Shown here: one piece after another, positions 18,301 through 28,552 of the stretch | How the letters are laid out: every line of letters begins with the position of its first letter | How positions within the stretch are numbered: the stretch's first letter is position 1 | DNA from: an uncultured Anaerolineales bacterium | GTDB lineage: Bacteria; Chloroflexota; Anaerolineae; Anaerolineales; UBA11858 | Direction of reading: 5' to 3' | NCBI GenBank assembly: GCA_964627755.1 | Contig: CAZVIH010000076.1 | Location: 23,566-87,565 of the forward strand | Length of the DNA stretch: 64,000 nt | Program-made: the position numbers and the translations under genes | Notes under the pieces: generated by a model | Told to the model about the DNA's origin: nothing | Database searches by the model: none | The model's input: the letters and a program-made list of their open reading frames with translations, nothing else

Positions 18301-21003
18301 ATGGCTAATAAACCAAAAACCGGAAATGAAATCAGACAATCATATATTGATTTCTTTATTGGTAAAAAACATCATTTTGTGCGCTCCTCCTCGCTGGTTC
18401 CTGGCGGAGATGCCACTTTATTATTTACAAATGCAGGGATGGTTCAGTTCAAAGATGTCTTCCTTGGAACAGATCAGCGTAAGTATAAAAGGGCAACCAA
18501 TTCCCAAAAATGCATGCGGGTTGCCGGTAAACACAATGACCTTGAAGATGTCGGACAGGATGATACTCACCATACCTTTTTTGAGATGATGGGCAACTGG
18601 TCCTTCGGGGATTATTACAAAAAGGAAGCAATCTCCTACGCCTGGGAACTGCTGACTGAAATATGGGAACTTCCTAAAGACCGATTGTATGCGACAGTAT
18701 TTAAAGATGAATTAGGACAGATCCCAACTGATGAAGAAGCGGTCGAATACTGGGCGGAACAGCCCGGGTTTTCAATGGACCGACTCTTTTACCTGGGAAG
18801 AAAGGAAAATTTCTGGGAAATGGGTGATACAGGTCCTTGTGGCCCTTGTTCCGAGATCCATTACGATCTCCGGCCTGAAGAAGGTCCGGTAACCGATAAA
18901 GCCGTATTGGATACGGACCGGTTTACAGAAATCTGGAACCTGGTATTCATTCAATACAATCGTAAGGGACCAGATAAACTGGATCCCCTCCCCAGAAAAC
19001 ACGTCGATACTGGATTGGGACTCGATCGAGTAGTAGCAATTCTGCAGAACGTCAGCTCCAATTACAGGACTGATCTGCTATTACCGCTCGTTGAAGCCGT
19101 CCAAGAATTGACTGGCGATTCAGACCAAGAAAGAGATCAGAATTTCACACCATACAGGGTTATCGCTGACCATGCTCGAGCGGCTGCATTCCTGATTGCT
19201 GATGGCGTAGTACCCGGAAACATGGGGAGAAATTACATCTGCCGGATGATTATCCGGCGAGGGTACCGTTTTGGTGGTCACGTAGGTTTGCACTCCCCTT
19301 TTCTGGGACGCATCGCTGAATTAGCGGTCGATCTCTACCAAGACGCCTATCCGGAACTTAAACAGAACCGGAAGATCATCCTAAATACTATCACCAGGGA
19401 AGAAGAGCAGTTCCAGCAGACACTTGAAAACGCCACCCTCCATCTGGAGGATTTGCTCAACGAATTGAAGGTTGGGGAAACCCTGCCCGGTGAGGTAGCA
19501 GCCAATCTCTACACTACTTTTGGTATGCCACTCGAGATAACCAGGGATATTGCCAAGGAAAGAGGTTTGGCAGTCGATCAAGAAGGCTTCCGTAAGGCCA
19601 TGGAGCTGCACCGTGTAAACTCCGGCGCAGGACATGCGATGGGTGACATTGGGGGAGAAGAAGTAGAATTTTACAGGGAGCTGCTGAACAACCTGCAAAA
19701 AGATAATAAGTTGGATTCAGGCGGCGTACTATACAACCCCTACGAAGAGCTGACCGTTCAGGGTCCGATCCTGGCACTCATTAAGAACGGAAAAGCAGTG
19801 GAAACAGCCAAGGAAAAAGATCAAGTCCAGATCATTCTCGCTAAAACGCCTTTTTATATGGAGTCTGGCGGCCAGGTGTCTGATACCGGAACAATCGAGG
19901 GAGACAACTGGTCAATCGTGGTCCAGGACATCTATCAACCAGCTGCCGGGATGATTGTCCATAAAGGAATTGTGCAGCATGGGAACCCCAAATCCGGCGA
20001 TCAAGCTACGGCAAAAGTGGACCAGAAACGACGCCAGGATATTATTCGCAACCATACTGCTACTCATCTGCTTCATGCTGCCCTGGACAAAATTGTAGGC
20101 GAACATGCCCGTCAGGCAGGTTCCCTGGTTGCCCCGGATCACCTGCGATTCGACTTCACTCACAATCAGGCATTAACGGATGAACAGATCCTGGCTGTCG
20201 AGGAAGAGGTGAACCGCCGAATTTTGGAGGATCATCCTCTGGATATAAAACAAAAACCGCTTCAGGAAGCCATTGATGAAGGCGCCCGGGCTTTATTCGG
20301 GGAAAAATATAGTGACGTTGTCCGTACCATCAAGATGGGAGATTTTTCCTATGAGCTTTGCGGTGGTACTCACTGCAGCCGCAGCAGCGAAGTTGGTTTA
20401 TTCCTGATCACCAGCGAGGGAAGTACAGCAGCCGGAATCCGCAGGATCGAAGCAGTGACAGGCTCTGCAGCATATCAATTAGTACAAAACCGCTTCAAGG
20501 AAATGAAAACAGCCGCTAAATTGCTTTCTACAGGACCTGATCAGCTTGCATCTCAGGTGAGCTCGCTGCTCGATCTGCAGAAAAAAGCTGAGAAATCCAG
20601 AGATAAATTGCTGCGAAAACTGGCGGTAATTGAACTGAAAACTGCTCTGGAGAATTTGGAACAGGTAGATGGTATCAATTTACTTACCAGCATCCTGGAG
20701 GAATCTGACCTCGATACCATGCGCATGATTGCAGATCGTTTTCGCCAAGAGGTATCAAAACAGGGTATTGTTGTCCTGGGCACTGTGATTGATGGTTCAC
20801 CAAGGCTGATCGCAGCTGTGACAGAGGATTTGATCAAGGAAGGGATCAAAGCTGGAGATCTGATCAAACACGTCGCCCAGCAAGTAGGAGGCGGTGGTGG
20901 AGGCCGCCCCAATCTCGCTGAAGCCGGTGGTAAGGATTCGGAAAAGTTACCAGCAGCACTGGACAGCGTCGCTGGCTGGATTAAGGAAAAGAAGAATAGT
21001 TAA
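18301..21003 (+). CDS. alaS: alanine--tRNA ligase
   Basis: IRQSYIDFFIGKKHHFVRSSSLVP, FTNAGMVQFK, HHTFFEMMGNWSFGDYYK, the editing-domain HTATHLLH...CGGTHC, and a C-terminal GGGGGRPNLAEAGG. ATG at 18301 preferred over the GTG at 18283. Confidence 0.95.
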   Translation: MANKPKTGNEIRQSYIDFFIGKKHHFVRSSSLVPGGDATLLFTNAGMVQFKDVFLGTDQRKYKRATNSQKCMRVAGKHNDLEDVGQDDTHHTFFEMMGNWSFGDYYKKEAISYAWELLTEIWELPKDRLYATVFKDELGQIPTDEEAVEYWAEQPGFSMDRLFYLGRKENFWEMGDTGPCGPCSEIHYDLRPEEGPVTDKAVLDTDRFTEIWNLVFIQYNRKGPDKLDPLPRKHVDTGLGLDRVVAILQNVSSNYRTDLLLPLVEAVQELTGDSDQERDQNFTPYRVIADHARAAAFLIADGVVPGNMGRNYICRMIIRRGYRFGGHVGLHSPFLGRIAELAVDLYQDAYPELKQNRKIILNTITREEEQFQQTLENATLHLEDLLNELKVGETLPGEVAANLYTTFGMPLEITRDIAKERGLAVDQEGFRKAMELHRVNSGAGHAMGDIGGEEVEFYRELLNNLQKDNKLDSGGVLYNPYEELTVQGPILALIKNGKAVETAKEKDQVQIILAKTPFYMESGGQVSDTGTIEGDNWSIVVQDIYQPAAGMIVHKGIVQHGNPKSGDQATAKVDQKRRQDIIRNHTATHLLHAALDKIVGEHARQAGSLVAPDHLRFDFTHNQALTDEQILAVEEEVNRRILEDHPLDIKQKPLQEAIDEGARALFGEKYSDVVRTIKMGDFSYELCGGTHCSRSSEVGLFLITSEGSTAAGIRRIEAVTGSAAYQLVQNRFKEMKTAAKLLSTGPDQLASQVSSLLDLQKKAEKSRDKLLRKLAVIELKTALENLEQVDGINLLTSILEESDLDTMRMIADRFRQEVSKQGIVVLGTVIDGSPRLIAAVTEDLIKEGIKAGDLIKHVAQQVGGGGGGRPNLAEAGGKDSEKLPAALDSVAGWIKEKKNS

Positions 21004-21042
21004 CTTTCCAGAAATGGAATCCCTAAATGCAATGGGATATAT

Positions 21043-22617
21043 TTGCCTCTGGGGTTTGCAGCACAGAGGCAACCATATCCTTTTTCTGTTTTTGGTACAA
21101 TAAATTCCGTGAAAACCCAAATCATTCAGCTTGAGGCCCATGACGATACCATCTCCGTGAGAGATAAAATGGACTGGTCTCAAACTCCGCGAGTCCTGCT
21201 GGTCTGGCCAGAACGTGGGAAAGTTCTTCGCAATCGGCTGGATTTGATTTTATTGGAACGGTATTGTTCTTCCAATGGAAGCCAACTGGCCTTGTTAACC
21301 CATGATCCTGAAGTAACATTCCAAGCTCGTGAAGCAGGGATTCCAGTCTTCCAATCCCGAACAACTGCCCAACTTCAACCCTGGCGAAAGTCCTTCCGAG
21401 AATTCAAACGGAGGGATTTAGGAAATAAAACTGTCGAAGCCAAGGATATTGATTTGTTTTCTAGTGAACACAAACCTCTTCAAAAAGACTTGCCTCCCTG
21501 GACCAGGATCTCAATTTTCATCGCGGCAGTTTTAGCGGTCCTTGCCATTGCTGGGATGCTGCTGCCCAGCGCATCCATAACGATTGATAATGAGATCGAT
21601 CAAAAAAGCCTGATCATTCCAATCCGGGCTATCATTGGAGAGGATCAGGTTCAGATTTCGGGTCAGGTACCTGTCCGGGAACTGTCAATCACAGTAGAAG
21701 ATAATCAATCCCTCCCTGCCAGCGGGACAACAGCAATTCCGTTTGGATATGCCGAAGGAGAGGTAGTTTTTACAAACCTTGGTGAAGAAGCCATAACCAT
21801 TCCTGAAAATACAATTCTTAGCACAGACTCCGGAAACCCAGTTCAATTCCTCACATCTGACTTTAGAAAATTGCCAGCGGGTGTAGGTGAATCGATCACC
21901 GTCCAGGTAACAGCCATGTATCCCGGCAAATCAGGAAATATATTATCCAATCAAATCACAACGATCAGCACCTCTTTGGAAGCCGAAGTTGTTGTCAGTA
22001 ATCCGCTACCTATTACAGGTGGAACGGATATTTTTATTCCGGCACCCACCAGTTCAGATCGGCGGCACCTCAGTCGAAATCTATCTTTCAGCTTGAAAGA
22101 TTTAGCTGGAGAAGAGATTGGCAACCTACTGACTCAGAAAGACGTCTTGCTAACACCCAACCTGAGTGATTTTGAAATCATTGAAGAAATATTTACTCCC
22201 GAGGAAGGTGCACCTGGAGCTGTATTACAGGTGGAGCAGAAAGTCCAGTTTATGGTTCTTTACGCGTCTGGAGATGATCTACTTTCCCTGGCGACCAATC
22301 TGGTAATAGCCCAATATCAAGGGGATACATTCGAACCATTGCTGGAGAGTATCACCATATCCCAACTCTCATCCCCGGTTGCGGGGACCACTCAATCCTA
22401 TTCATGGAAAATGGAAGTTACCTGGAATGAACGGAAAGTCATGGATCAAAACGAGATCATACAAACGGTGTTGGGCAAAAAACCAGCCGAGGCGATGATC
22501 TATCTCCAGGAAAGCTTAAATCTCAATCATCCACCCCGGATTGAACTATATCCAAATTGGTGGTTAAGGATCCCGGCCCTGCCATTCCGTATAAATATCA
22601 ACGAGGGAGATAGTTAA
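21043..22617 (+). CDS. hypothetical single-pass membrane protein (cytoplasmic about 150 aa, one TM, about 350-aa beta-rich ectodomain); start uncertain
   Basis: Long ORF with the TM segment ISIFIAAVLAVLAIAGMLLP. I could not assign a family motif. Alternative starts are GTG 21109 and ATG 21169. Confidence 0.5.
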   Translation: MPLGFAAQRQPYPFSVFGTINSVKTQIIQLEAHDDTISVRDKMDWSQTPRVLLVWPERGKVLRNRLDLILLERYCSSNGSQLALLTHDPEVTFQAREAGIPVFQSRTTAQLQPWRKSFREFKRRDLGNKTVEAKDIDLFSSEHKPLQKDLPPWTRISIFIAAVLAVLAIAGMLLPSASITIDNEIDQKSLIIPIRAIIGEDQVQISGQVPVRELSITVEDNQSLPASGTTAIPFGYAEGEVVFTNLGEEAITIPENTILSTDSGNPVQFLTSDFRKLPAGVGESITVQVTAMYPGKSGNILSNQITTISTSLEAEVVVSNPLPITGGTDIFIPAPTSSDRRHLSRNLSFSLKDLAGEEIGNLLTQKDVLLTPNLSDFEIIEEIFTPEEGAPGAVLQVEQKVQFMVLYASGDDLLSLATNLVIAQYQGDTFEPLLESITISQLSSPVAGTTQSYSWKMEVTWNERKVMDQNEIIQTVLGKKPAEAMIYLQESLNLNHPPRIELYPNWWLRIPALPFRININEGDS

Positions 22618-22620
22618 TCC

Positions 22621-23061
22621 ATGGATAAAGATCCCGGCAGGATCCTGGCGGTTGATCCTGGAGAAAAACGACTGGGGATCGCTATCAGTGATCCGTCCCA
22701 GACAATTGCTTCACCACTATGTGTTATCGAACACCAAAACAGGAACAAAGACGCCAAAGCAATTTACACCCTGGCAGAAGAACACAAAGCTGTATTGATC
22801 TTGATCGGTCAACCACTTGATTGGAATGGTACCCTCAATCCCCAATCGGATAAATCTATTCGCCTTGGAGAAGAAATCCAGACTCTAGGAGATATTACAG
22901 TTAAATTCTGGGATGAATATGGCAGCACACAGAAAGCCCAGGATTCAAGACGGAAAATGAACCTACCCCGCAAAAAGAGATCAGGTCATCTGGATCAAGT
23001 TGCTGCCGCTGTGATACTGCAATCCTACCTTGATCACTTGATCGACCAGGAGGTTGAATAA
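22621..23061 (+). CDS. ruvX: Holliday-junction resolvase-like / pre-16S rRNA nuclease RuvX (YqgF)
   Basis: RILAVDPGEKRLGIAISD N-terminus and DQVAAAVILQSYLD C-terminus. Confidence 0.85.
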   Translation: MDKDPGRILAVDPGEKRLGIAISDPSQTIASPLCVIEHQNRNKDAKAIYTLAEEHKAVLILIGQPLDWNGTLNPQSDKSIRLGEEIQTLGDITVKFWDEYGSTQKAQDSRRKMNLPRKKRSGHLDQVAAAVILQSYLDHLIDQEVE

Positions 23062-24161
23062 TGGCAAAGAGGGACTCTCGGGGTAAAAAAATCCTGGTTC
23101 TGTTTATCGTTCTGTTGTTAGTCGTTGCCATGTGCTTAATAGCTGGCATCACAGCCACAATCCCGGCTCGAACTGCACAGTTATTTGGTCCCCCAGTCTC
23201 GGATCTCTCAACAGTAAAACTCTATCAACAATCCCTGGCGCTGCTGCTCTCGAAAAACGATCTATTTGAAATTGGTATTGAAAACAACGCTGAAATCCTG
23301 TTTCCGATAGAACAGGGGGACTCCCTGGACAAGATACTCACAGGATTAACACAACTGGGTTTGATACGCCATACAAGTGAATTCAGAGCTTACTTAATTT
23401 ATTCGGGCATTGATACAAATATCCAGCCTGGTGAATACTTATTCAGTCCAGGTTTATCCGAACTGGAAGTAGCCCAGATACTGGGCACTCCAGCTGCTCC
23501 CGTGACAACGGTATCGATCCTGGCTGGTTGGCGAGCAGAAGAAATCGCACAAACCTTCCCAGGGCTTGGATTGGAACTTGATCCAGATCAATTTCTTCAA
23601 GTCGTAAAGGAAGAAAATAAGGAAGGGTATCTCTTTCCCGGCAATTACCAGGTATCAAGAGAAATCAGCGCAATATCACTGGTAAATCTGTTATATGAGC
23701 GTTTTATCACCCAAATCACTCCGGAAATGGAAGCCAGGATCAGTGAACAGGGCTTATCACTTGATGAGGCGGTCATCCTGGCATCCATTATCGAACGGGA
23801 AGCTGTTGTTGAGGAGGAAATGCCCCAAATAGCATCAGTGTTCCTTAACCGATTGCGCGGAGATCTAAACCTGAGCGCGGATCCGACGGTACAATACGCT
23901 TTGGGATATAACGAAACACAGGGAGTTTGGTGGACTAACCCTCTCTCACTGGATGATCTTAAACTTCCATCTTCCTATAATACTTATGAAAATCCGGGAT
24001 TGCCTCCCGCTCCAATCTGCAATCCAGGTTTAAAAGCATTGCAAGCAGTTGCCAACCCAGCCGATACAAGTTTTTTATTCTTCCGGGCAGCATGTGATGG
24101 TTCAGGACTCCATGTATTCGCAGAGACTTTTGAGGAACATCTGGAAAATGCCTGTGAATAG
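23061..24161 (+). CDS. mltG: endolytic murein transglycosylase MltG (YceG-like)
   Basis: N-terminal TM, ASIIEREA catalytic block, YNTYENPGLPPAPICNPG, and LFFRAACDGSGLHVFAETFEEH. Confidence 0.85.
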   Translation: MAKRDSRGKKILVLFIVLLLVVAMCLIAGITATIPARTAQLFGPPVSDLSTVKLYQQSLALLLSKNDLFEIGIENNAEILFPIEQGDSLDKILTGLTQLGLIRHTSEFRAYLIYSGIDTNIQPGEYLFSPGLSELEVAQILGTPAAPVTTVSILAGWRAEEIAQTFPGLGLELDPDQFLQVVKEENKEGYLFPGNYQVSREISAISLVNLLYERFITQITPEMEARISEQGLSLDEAVILASIIEREAVVEEEMPQIASVFLNRLRGDLNLSADPTVQYALGYNETQGVWWTNPLSLDDLKLPSSYNTYENPGLPPAPICNPGLKALQAVANPADTSFLFFRAACDGSGLHVFAETFEEHLENACE

Positions 24162-24342
24162 CAGGCGTGATCAATCAGTTTGAGATCAATCAGGATACGT
24201 CTGTCTCCAAGGAACTCTTATCCTCTGACTTACTGCCAGTCGAACTCACCCCCGGGTCCGATTTTCAGTTAAATGGATAGGCGGTTTTTAAATCCCTCAC
24301 GCCCGGGGACGTGTGAGAAAGCAATCGAAGTTAGAAAAAATC

Positions 24343-25686
24343 TCACTGCGATTGATCATCAAATTTCTCAAACCAAGCGATCCGGGCACTGGCAGCCACA
24401 AAAATAGAGCCTGCGATCACCACAAGTTTTTCATTCCCTGCCAGACTAAGGGCTCTTGTTAATGCATTCCCCACAATCGGGATAGCTTCCTTCAAACAAT
24501 CATAAGATTCAGCTCTATTTAACAATGCAAACGGATCCATCGCCCTTGGATGATCAGCCTGAGTACAGATCAAGTAAGAGGTCCTTGGTAATATCTCCTG
24601 GTACATCCCATCCAGCTGTTTATCTTCCGATATTCCAAAGACAAGGATCAAAGGTAGATCAGGAAAATACTCAGCAATGGTATCTCTGAGTTTACCCATT
24701 GAAGCCGGATTATGGGCTGAGTCAACGATCAGCGGAGGCTGACGACGCAGGATCTCGAATCTGGCCGGCCAGTTCACTTCTTTAAAACCTTTTTTGATGG
24801 CAGAATTTTCTATCGGAAATCCCTTGGTCCTCAAAGCATCCAGAGCTGCATAAGCTGTTACTGCATTAATAACCTGAAAATCACCCAGGAGTGGAATCTG
24901 GAACACTTCTTCAGTTTGTTCGGATACTTTCAGGTTAAATTTTTGGCCGTCCAGGGTTTTTGAAAGGATCTCATATGGATAATCAAGCTCAACCTGGATC
25001 AGATCGGCTTTATTCCTTGCCGCAATTTCCTTGAGCACAGAAAGCGCGATCTTCTCCTGGGGAGCGCAGATAACAGGAACCCCGGGTTTGATGATTCCCC
25101 CTTTTTCCGCCGCAATTTTATCCAGCGTATCACCCAGAATCGATACATGATCCAGGTACAGCGAAGTGATAACCGCCACCTCAGGTTTGATGATATTGGT
25201 CGCGTCCAATCTGCCGCCAAGGCCTACTTCGATCACCGCAAGATCGACCTTCTCTCGAGCAAAAAAGAGAAAAGCCAAACCGGTCATGATTTCGAAAGTA
25301 GTTAATCCGGTAATGGAAGCTACAGCTGGTTTGATTTCCTCAACAATATCGACCAGGATATCACGTGGGATGGGTACTTGATTGACCTGAATCCGTTCCT
25401 CAAAATCCTTTAGATGGGGAGAAGTGTACAGAGCGACTTTGTATCCAGCAGCCTGCAGAACAGAGGCGCAAAACGCACTGACTGATCCTTTACCTTTGCT
25501 CCCGGCTATATGAATTGAAGGGAAATCATCCTGGGGAGAGCCCAGGATCTCCATCAAACGTACCATCCGTGTTAAATCAAAATTTTCCGGGCTGAGATTA
25601 TCCTGGTGGGTCCGACTGAAGTCCACAAAACTATAGATATAATCAAGAGCCTGTTGGTAATCAGAAGAATTAATCATACGGGGCAT
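24343..25686 (-). CDS. folC: bifunctional folylpolyglutamate synthase / dihydrofolate synthase
   Basis: YQQALDYIYSF, P-loop HIAGSKGKGS, EVGLGGRLDATN, and a Mur-ligase C-terminal domain. ATG at 25686 with an AAGGA RBS is preferred over the GTG at 25725. Confidence 0.85.
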   Translation of the reverse strand: MPRMINSSDYQQALDYIYSFVDFSRTHQDNLSPENFDLTRMVRLMEILGSPQDDFPSIHIAGSKGKGSVSAFCASVLQAAGYKVALYTSPHLKDFEERIQVNQVPIPRDILVDIVEEIKPAVASITGLTTFEIMTGLAFLFFAREKVDLAVIEVGLGGRLDATNIIKPEVAVITSLYLDHVSILGDTLDKIAAEKGGIIKPGVPVICAPQEKIALSVLKEIAARNKADLIQVELDYPYEILSKTLDGQKFNLKVSEQTEEVFQIPLLGDFQVINAVTAYAALDALRTKGFPIENSAIKKGFKEVNWPARFEILRRQPPLIVDSAHNPASMGKLRDTIAEYFPDLPLILVFGISEDKQLDGMYQEILPRTSYLICTQADHPRAMDPFALLNRAESYDCLKEAIPIVGNALTRALSLAGNEKLVVIAGSIFVAASARIAWFEKFDDQSQ

Positions 25687-26045
25687 TTTATCCTTTTGAA
25701 AACTGCTGGACAAGGTACTAATCACCCAATTTGAAAAATGCCTATCCGAAATCTAGCAGGTGATATAATAGAAATCATCCTTGATAGATTCAAAAATAGT
25801 GAGTATGATAATTATTATTGTTCTTCAATCTCGAGGATTGGACATATCCAAAGTTAATAGACCATCACTCACGTATTGAATTTTGCTGCCAACCTATCAA
25901 ATTAGGCACTAATCTCTTGATATGCTGTTTATTACTCTAATTTCTACATTTTTCAGGATTACTTGTAAAGGAGGTGGTAAGACTCAACTATATAGTACAT
26001 CCCCGTATTCCTATTTTATCCAATTAAGATGTAAGGAGTAGAAGA

Positions 26046-28388
26046 ATGAAAACAAAACGTTTCTTTTGGGCGCTGATTGCCCTCTTGATCGTCGGTTCTC
26101 TCGTTCTCAGCGCTTGCGGCGGAGCAAAAGAAACTGCCGCTGTTGAAGAACCTGCTGCTGTCGGACCGATGGATGGTACTTACTACGAACGCGCCATGGC
26201 TGGCGAATTTGCTGGCACTGTTGTTACAATGACTGGCCCCTTCACTGATGAAGATGCTGTTAAATTTGATTCCTCTGTGGCTGCCTTCGAAGAAGCCACA
26301 GGCATTGACATTCAGTATGAAGGTTCCAAGGAATTCGAAGCCACCATCACCCTGCGTGTTGACGCTGGTGATGCCCCCGATATCGTGGACTTCCCTCAGC
26401 CCGGCTTGCTCGCCACTATGGTAGCTCGCGGCGCAGTTGTTGATGTATCCACCTTCCTGCCCCAATCCTCCTTTGATAATTACAATCAAAGCTGGTGGGA
26501 CATGGCCACCATGGCTGGACCCGATGGCGATATCATTGCTGGTGTCTGGCACCGCTTCAACGCCAAGAGCCAGGTCTGGTACCCCCAAGCCCAGTTTGAG
26601 GCTGCTGGTTATACCATTCCAGAGACCTGGGATGAAATGATCGCACTCTCTGACCAGATCGTCGCTGATGGCGACACACCCTGGTGTGTTGGCATCGAGT
26701 CAGGCGCAGCCACCGGTTGGCCTGCCACCGACTGGATGGAAGAAATAATGCTCCGCACAACCTCCCTCGAGAACTATGACGCCTGGGTGAGAGGCGACCT
26801 GCCCTTCAGCTCTCCCGAAGTCAAACACGCTCTCGAAGTTCTGGCCGACCTATGGAAGGATGAGTACGTCTATGGCGGTTCTGAAGCCATTGTCACCACC
26901 TTCTTTGGTGATGCCCCCACCCCCATGTTTGAAGATCCGCCCAAATGCTGGCTCCACAAGCAGGGCAACTTCATCACCAGCTTCTTCCCCGAAGGTGTTC
27001 AGTATGGAACCGATTATGGTTTCTTCTACCTTCCCGGTATTGATGAAGCATACGGTAGCCCATACCTGGTTGCAGGCGACATCATGGCCATGTTCAGTGA
27101 CCGCGATGAAGTCCGCGCTGTCATGGAATTCTTCACCCATGGTGAAGCTTTGAAAGAATGGCTAGCTGCCGGCGGCGCTCTTGCAATGCAGCTGGACACC
27201 GATCTGAACTGGTACAGCGACGAAGTCGAGAGAGGTATTGCCGAACTCGTTAACAATGCCACCTCCGTACGCTTTGATGGTTCCGACCTGATGCCCGGTG
27301 AAGTTGGTTCAGGCTCCTTCTGGACCGGTATGACCGACTTCTTCTCCGGTGTTGCTGATGAGGACACAGTGTTGGCTGAAATTGACGCCTCCTGGCCTCT
27401 GAAGGTTGCCGAAGGTGATCTCGGAAGCGAGACCAATCCAATCCAGGTTCTCTTTGTTCCGTCCGTCGATGCCAACATCATCGTTACCGGTGGTGAGATC
27501 ATGGCCGATGCCCTGTCTGCTGCCACTGGATTGAGCTTTGAGGTTTCAGTACCAACCTCCTACGCAGCGACCATCGAAGAGATGTGCGCTTCCCCGGATA
27601 AATCCATGGGCTTTATCCCAGGCTTGGGCTATGCCCTGGCCAGCCAGCTCTGCGGCGTGGACGTATCCTTTAAAGCTATTCGCTACGGATATCCTGTATA
27701 TTGGGCGGAATACATTGTTGCCCGCGATAGCGATTTCCAGACCCTGGAAGACCTGGAAGGCGCGAGCTGGGGCTACCCCTACCGAGCCTCAACCTCTGGT
27801 TACATGGTTCCCTATGTTGAATTGACCGAGTTGGGTGTTAAATGGGGTGATGAGATTGAGACTGGTGGTCACAACCAGACCGTTACTGCCGTCTACAACA
27901 ATGAAGTGGACTTCGGCACCGTCTTTTACAGTGTGCCGCTGACTCCTGATGGTCCTCCCCTTTTCACCTGGGATGAGTACCTCGCTGGCGACATTACTAC
28001 ACTGGACCAGTATCTACCTCCTGCTGATGTCGTTCCGAACTGTGCCCTCAATGAAGACGGAAGTAAACTCCTCTGCGATGGATACCGCATTCTGGATGCC
28101 CGTGCCAACATTCGCACCGAGGCTCCTGATGTGATACAGAAAGTACGCGTTCTGGCGATCTCCCAGATCGTCCCGAACGACACCCTGGCCTTTGGTCCTG
28201 ATTTCCCCGCGGATGTCCGCGCCAAGGTCGAGTCAGCCCTTCTTTCCTTCGCTGATACTGAAGAATGGAGTGCATCAATCGGCAACAACGACTTCTACGG
28301 CTGGACAGGTATTGAGCCTGCTACCGATGCCGAATACGATGTCGTTCGTCAGATGGTTATTCAAACTGGCTACGAGCTGGAAGAGTAG
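26046..28388 (+). CDS. lipoprotein fusing two substrate-binding domains: an N-terminal CUT1 sugar-type SBP and a C-terminal PhnD-type (phosphonate/phosphite family) SBP
   Basis: Lipobox LVLSAC|GG. Residues about 30-455 look like a family-1 extracellular solute-binding protein (PWCVGIESGAATGWPATDWMEEIMLR). Residues about 462-780 carry PhnD-like blocks (IQVLFVPS...YAATIEEM...GFIPGLGYALA...YWAEYIVARDSDFQTLEDLEGASWGYPYRASTSGYMVP...FGTVFYS). Confidence 0.8.
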   Translation: MKTKRFFWALIALLIVGSLVLSACGGAKETAAVEEPAAVGPMDGTYYERAMAGEFAGTVVTMTGPFTDEDAVKFDSSVAAFEEATGIDIQYEGSKEFEATITLRVDAGDAPDIVDFPQPGLLATMVARGAVVDVSTFLPQSSFDNYNQSWWDMATMAGPDGDIIAGVWHRFNAKSQVWYPQAQFEAAGYTIPETWDEMIALSDQIVADGDTPWCVGIESGAATGWPATDWMEEIMLRTTSLENYDAWVRGDLPFSSPEVKHALEVLADLWKDEYVYGGSEAIVTTFFGDAPTPMFEDPPKCWLHKQGNFITSFFPEGVQYGTDYGFFYLPGIDEAYGSPYLVAGDIMAMFSDRDEVRAVMEFFTHGEALKEWLAAGGALAMQLDTDLNWYSDEVERGIAELVNNATSVRFDGSDLMPGEVGSGSFWTGMTDFFSGVADEDTVLAEIDASWPLKVAEGDLGSETNPIQVLFVPSVDANIIVTGGEIMADALSAATGLSFEVSVPTSYAATIEEMCASPDKSMGFIPGLGYALASQLCGVDVSFKAIRYGYPVYWAEYIVARDSDFQTLEDLEGASWGYPYRASTSGYMVPYVELTELGVKWGDEIETGGHNQTVTAVYNNEVDFGTVFYSVPLTPDGPPLFTWDEYLAGDITTLDQYLPPADVVPNCALNEDGSKLLCDGYRILDARANIRTEAPDVIQKVRVLAISQIVPNDTLAFGPDFPADVRAKVESALLSFADTEEWSASIGNNDFYGWTGIEPATDAEYDVVRQMVIQTGYELEE

Positions 28389-28407
28389 TCCCATCTTGTT
28401 TAAACTA

Positions 28408-28439
28408 AATTGGGGCAGGGAAAATTCCCTGCCCCAATT
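28408..28439 (+). terminator. strong hairpin (14-bp stem) between the SBP gene and phnC; a partial terminator or mRNA stabiliser
   Basis: AATTGGGGCAGGGA-AAAT-TCCCTGCCCCAATT, with only a weak T tract afterwards. Confidence 0.5.
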
Positions 28440-28552
28440 GTGATAAATTTATCCGAGTGAAAAATTTCGACGTATCAGAAAAATCAATCCCATATGCTTT
28501 TTTTAGGCGTGAATTGCGCCCAGAACTTATTTATGAATAAGGATAGTTGCTA

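Noticed and set aside
24162-24342. Possible tRNA or tmRNA fragment in the mltG/folC convergent spacer (GGTGAGTTCGACTGG on the minus strand)
   Set aside because: The T-arm-like string has no acceptor stem, anticodon arm or CCA context, and there is only a short CTCAC...GTGAG hairpin. Most likely these are ordinary terminator-region hairpins.
26016-26588. Long antisense ORFs inside strongly supported genes (e.g. 26016..26588(-), 27026..27526(-), 46533..47078(+), 49605..49985(+), 59212..59748(-), 62815..63249(-))
   Set aside because: Each lies fully inside a CDS with clear family motifs on the opposite strand, and each has a biased, repeat-like composition (R/S/P/G-rich). These are typical shadow ORFs.
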